This document shows positions 61,403 through 64,000 of a stretch of 64,000 nucleotides of DNA, piece after piece; positions within the stretch are counted from its first letter, which is position 1, and each line of letters starts with the position of its first letter. The notes under the pieces were generated by a model. The model saw only the letters and a program-made list of their open reading frames with translations. It ran no database searches and was not told the DNA's origin. The position numbers and the translations under genes were made by a program. Source of the DNA: Lophium mytilinum (taxonomy: Eukaryota); assembly GCA_010093605.1 (NCBI GenBank), contig MU004198.1, positions 374,726 through 438,725 on the forward strand, given 5' to 3'.

Positions 61403-61988
61403 ATGAACGCGCTTGTCATCCCGACCTATGACATCACGCCCGAGGTACGTCCTCCACATCTCCAAGTTGATGTTAAGAAAGTATACTCATCTGACCGACT
61501 ACTAGCAATGGGCCGAATTTGCCAAAGCAGCTGCAATTCCTCCTGAAGATGTAGGCGGCAAACACATTGTTCCATACGTCCTTCTACACTCCCCCACACA
61601 GCAGCATGTCCATCAACAGACCGATCGAATCAGCACAACAGTCAAAACAAAATTCAGCTCAGCTACTTGGCAAGAAATGAGAGACACCGTTCTCGAACTT
61701 GGAGAGCAAGAACCTCCAAATATCCACACGCTGTACTTCTTGATACTGGACAAGCAGTCAATCGAGGATCGCAGGGTCATTGTTATGCAAAGGGACGGGA
61801 AGTACGTGAACGCAGAGGGCCAAGAGTGTTGGCCGGTCCCGGGGGATTACGCGACATGGATAAATGTATGGAAGAGACATCGGGTCCCGTTTGAGAAGGC
61901 GTGGGTAACTGTGGCCATGATCGATACGCATGGGGGCTTGGATGAAGAGCCGTATCTAGAAGAGGTGATGGAGGAGCAGCCTGAGTAA
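61403..61988 (+). CDS. Small hypothetical protein with one intron
   Basis: MNALVIPTYDITPE, then intron 61445-61506 (GTACGT..CTGAC..TAG), then an open frame into ORF 61677-61988. Confidence 0.7.
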
Positions 61989-62514
61989 CGCGTTGAGATA
62001 CCTGTGGTATATAGACGACTCTTCGGGCTTGTAGTTTTACTAGTCTAGTTTAGGCTATCCAGCACGTACTTCTTATGCGCGCTGTAGGATTAGCATTGTG
62101 AAAAGTCCACAGAATACGATGATGTGAGCGCTTGATGCGACGCGGCGCTTGACAAGCAGTGAAGGTGTGAGGTGTGAAGAGGTATCAAGATGACAAGGAG
62201 TTGGCGATCACGTGGCAGTGAGGCTCTGCGGACGCCTTTCCCTTTTAGGCTACTGCCAGCTCAAGAAAAGAACAGTCTACAAAGGGGTTGAGGGGGCAAT
62301 TCACCGCCAAAGTCCCTGAATCCCTCTGCCATCCCCTCTACGATTGATTGCTTCTGCGTGAGTACCCTTTTCATGTACCTCTTGTGTTTCTGATCCGCGC
62401 AACATACCGCTCGTCCTCCACCATCCTCGCAACTAATCTCAACAACCCCAGCCCCGTCACTCGCTAAGGTCGCGTCGCAATCTGTGAGCGCACGCCCTGA
62501 ACTTCGCGACACAT

Positions 62515-64000
62515 ATGTCAAGCGGTGTTGACGTCCGCCGACGTCCAGGAATCTGGTCTTACCTGAGCTTCTCCTCTAGCCCTCGCCGCCGCACCTCCTC
62601 CGTCTCGCTACCGCGTAGCAACAACACCCAGGACCCCTTCGAGAAGGCCGACCGTCACTCTGGACACGGGCCGTCAGGATCAGGCTTCATGAACGATATC
62701 AAGGCCGCGGGGATGAATCAGGGGCAGCGGACACGATACTTGAAGGCGGGTGGCATTCTCGCCTTCATCCTCCTTATTTTCTTCTATCTCGCGCCCAAAC
62801 ATGGCAGTGGTATGTTTTTCAAACAGCCCCTGGCTTCTATCAACATGCTAACAACCCCAGACTCAGGTCCTTTCCCCGGCGGAGATACCGCATCAGATCC
62901 CTCTCTGGCTACGTCGAAGTGCAAGAAGTCTTTTGACTCCCATAAGCCCCTCATCCAGTACGCCCTCATGATCGACGCTGGCAGCACCGGCTCTCGCATC
63001 CACGTATACCGTTTTAACAACTGCGGCTCTACCCCGGAGTTGGAAGATGAAATATTCGAAATGACCGCGAAGAAGGACGGCGGCTCCGGCTTAAGCTCAT
63101 ATGGCGAGAAGGCCGAAGAGGCGGCCGCTAGTCTGGACGTTCTCATGGACGTTGCTGTGAAGAATGTCCCCGATAAGATCAAGAAGTGCACCCCAGTTGC
63201 CGTCAAGGCGACTGCTGGCCTTCGCAAACTTGGCACTGAGAAAAGTGACAACATTCTGAAGGCTGTTCGACACCGATTGGAGACCAAGTACCCCTTCCCC
63301 GTTGTATCGGAAGAAAATGGAGGTGTGGAGGTCATGGATGGCAAAGATGAGGGTGTTTACGCTTGGATCACAGCCAACTACCTCCTAGGAAAGATCGGTG
63401 GCCCTGACAAGTCTCCAACCGCCGCTGTCCTCGATCTTGGTGGCGGATCCACTCAAATCGTTTTCGAGCCTACCTTCAAGGACAGCAAAACCGGCGGTAT
63501 GCCTGAGAAGCTGGCTGATGGTGACCACAAGTACGAACTGAGCTTCGGCGGTCGCAAGTTCGAGCTATACCAACACTCCTACCTAGGCTACGGTCTGATG
63601 GAAGCCCGCAACAACCTCCACAACGTCGTCATCAACGCCACCTACGAGGAGAACAAATCCACCGATGCCTCCAGCTGGCTTTCCAAGCCTGTCCTCAACC
63701 CCTGCATCGCTCCCGGTATGTCCAAGGAGGTCACTGTCAGCCTAGGCGCTGCCCACCCTCTCGGTGAGTCCGTCACAGTCAATATGACGGGACCCTCCGA
63801 CGGCTCGCCAGCTCAATGCCGCGCCCTCGCCGAGAAGACTCTTGAGAAAGACGCGGATTGCAAGCTTGCTCCCTGCGCTTTCCGAGGCGTCCATCAACCG
63901 TCGCTCGAGAAGACTTTCGCCCGCGAAGACGTCTTCCTCTTCTCCTACTTTTACGACCGCACGCAGCCGCTCGGCATGCCAGAGTCGTTCACGCTATCCG
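62515..64000 (+). CDS. GDA1: Golgi guanosine diphosphatase (GDA1/CD39 apyrase); 3' end lies outside the window
   Basis: N-terminal TM anchor (GGILAFILLIFFYL); intron at about 62810-62860; apyrase conserved regions DAGSTGSR, ATAGLR, MDGKDEGVYAWITANYL and DLGGGSTQ. The start codon is tentative. Confidence 0.92.
   Translation, partial: MSSGVDVRRRPGIWSYLSFSSSPRRRTSSVSLPRSNNTQDPFEKADRHSGHGPSGSGFMNDIKAAGMNQGQRTRYLKAGGILAFILLIFFYLAPKHGSGMFFKQPLASINMLTTPDSGPFPGGDTASDPSLATSKCKKSFDSHKPLIQYALMIDAGSTGSRIHVYRFNNCGSTPELEDEIFEMTAKKDGGSGLSSYGEKAEEAAASLDVLMDVAVKNVPDKIKKCTPVAVKATAGLRKLGTEKSDNILKAVRHRLETKYPFPVVSEENGGVEVMDGKDEGVYAWITANYLLGKIGGPDKSPTAAVLDLGGGSTQIVFEPTFKDSKTGGMPEKLADGDHKYELSFGGRKFELYQHSYLGYGLMEARNNLHNVVINATYEENKSTDASSWLSKPVLNPCIAPGMSKEVTVSLGAAHPLGESVTVNMTGPSDGSPAQCRALAEKTLEKDADCKLAPCAFRGVHQPSLEKTFAREDVFLFSYFYDRTQPLGMPESFTLS

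Overview
A 64-kb gene-dense segment of a filamentous ascomycete genome (Pezizomycotina; Dothideomycete-like is inference). It has short GT-AG introns with CTAAC/CTGAC branch points. Recognisable genes: an RWD-domain protein, a HET-domain protein, a PPPDE/DeSI-thioredoxin-PUL protein, RAD5, an NDUFAF6-like protein, a Zn2Cys6 transcription factor, a monoacylglycerol lipase, a PEX11-family peroxin, a Mpv17/PMP22 protein, a SprT-like protein, a CorA transporter, the MYND protein SamB/Mub1, a P4-ATPase (Dnf3-like) and GDA1 (cut by the window end). There are also several orphans, an AA9 LPMO pseudogene and an F-box-like pseudogene. A 3.9-kb RIP-mutated Tc1/mariner (IS630-like) element has 136-bp TIRs, a TA target-site duplication and a probable second cargo ORF. 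The most unusual signals are non-coding: (i) a degenerate but exactly phased 163-bp tandem array with an inverted relative 29 kb away, both between convergent genes; (ii) a 48-bp copy of a gene's 3' end attached to that second array; (iii) another nucleosome-scale degenerate array near 60-61 kb; (iv) a 35-bp hairpin with a B-box-like motif in which every mismatch is a G-U wobble; (v) recurrent local C-rich to G-rich skew switches that ignore gene strand. All calls were made by eye; no searches were run.
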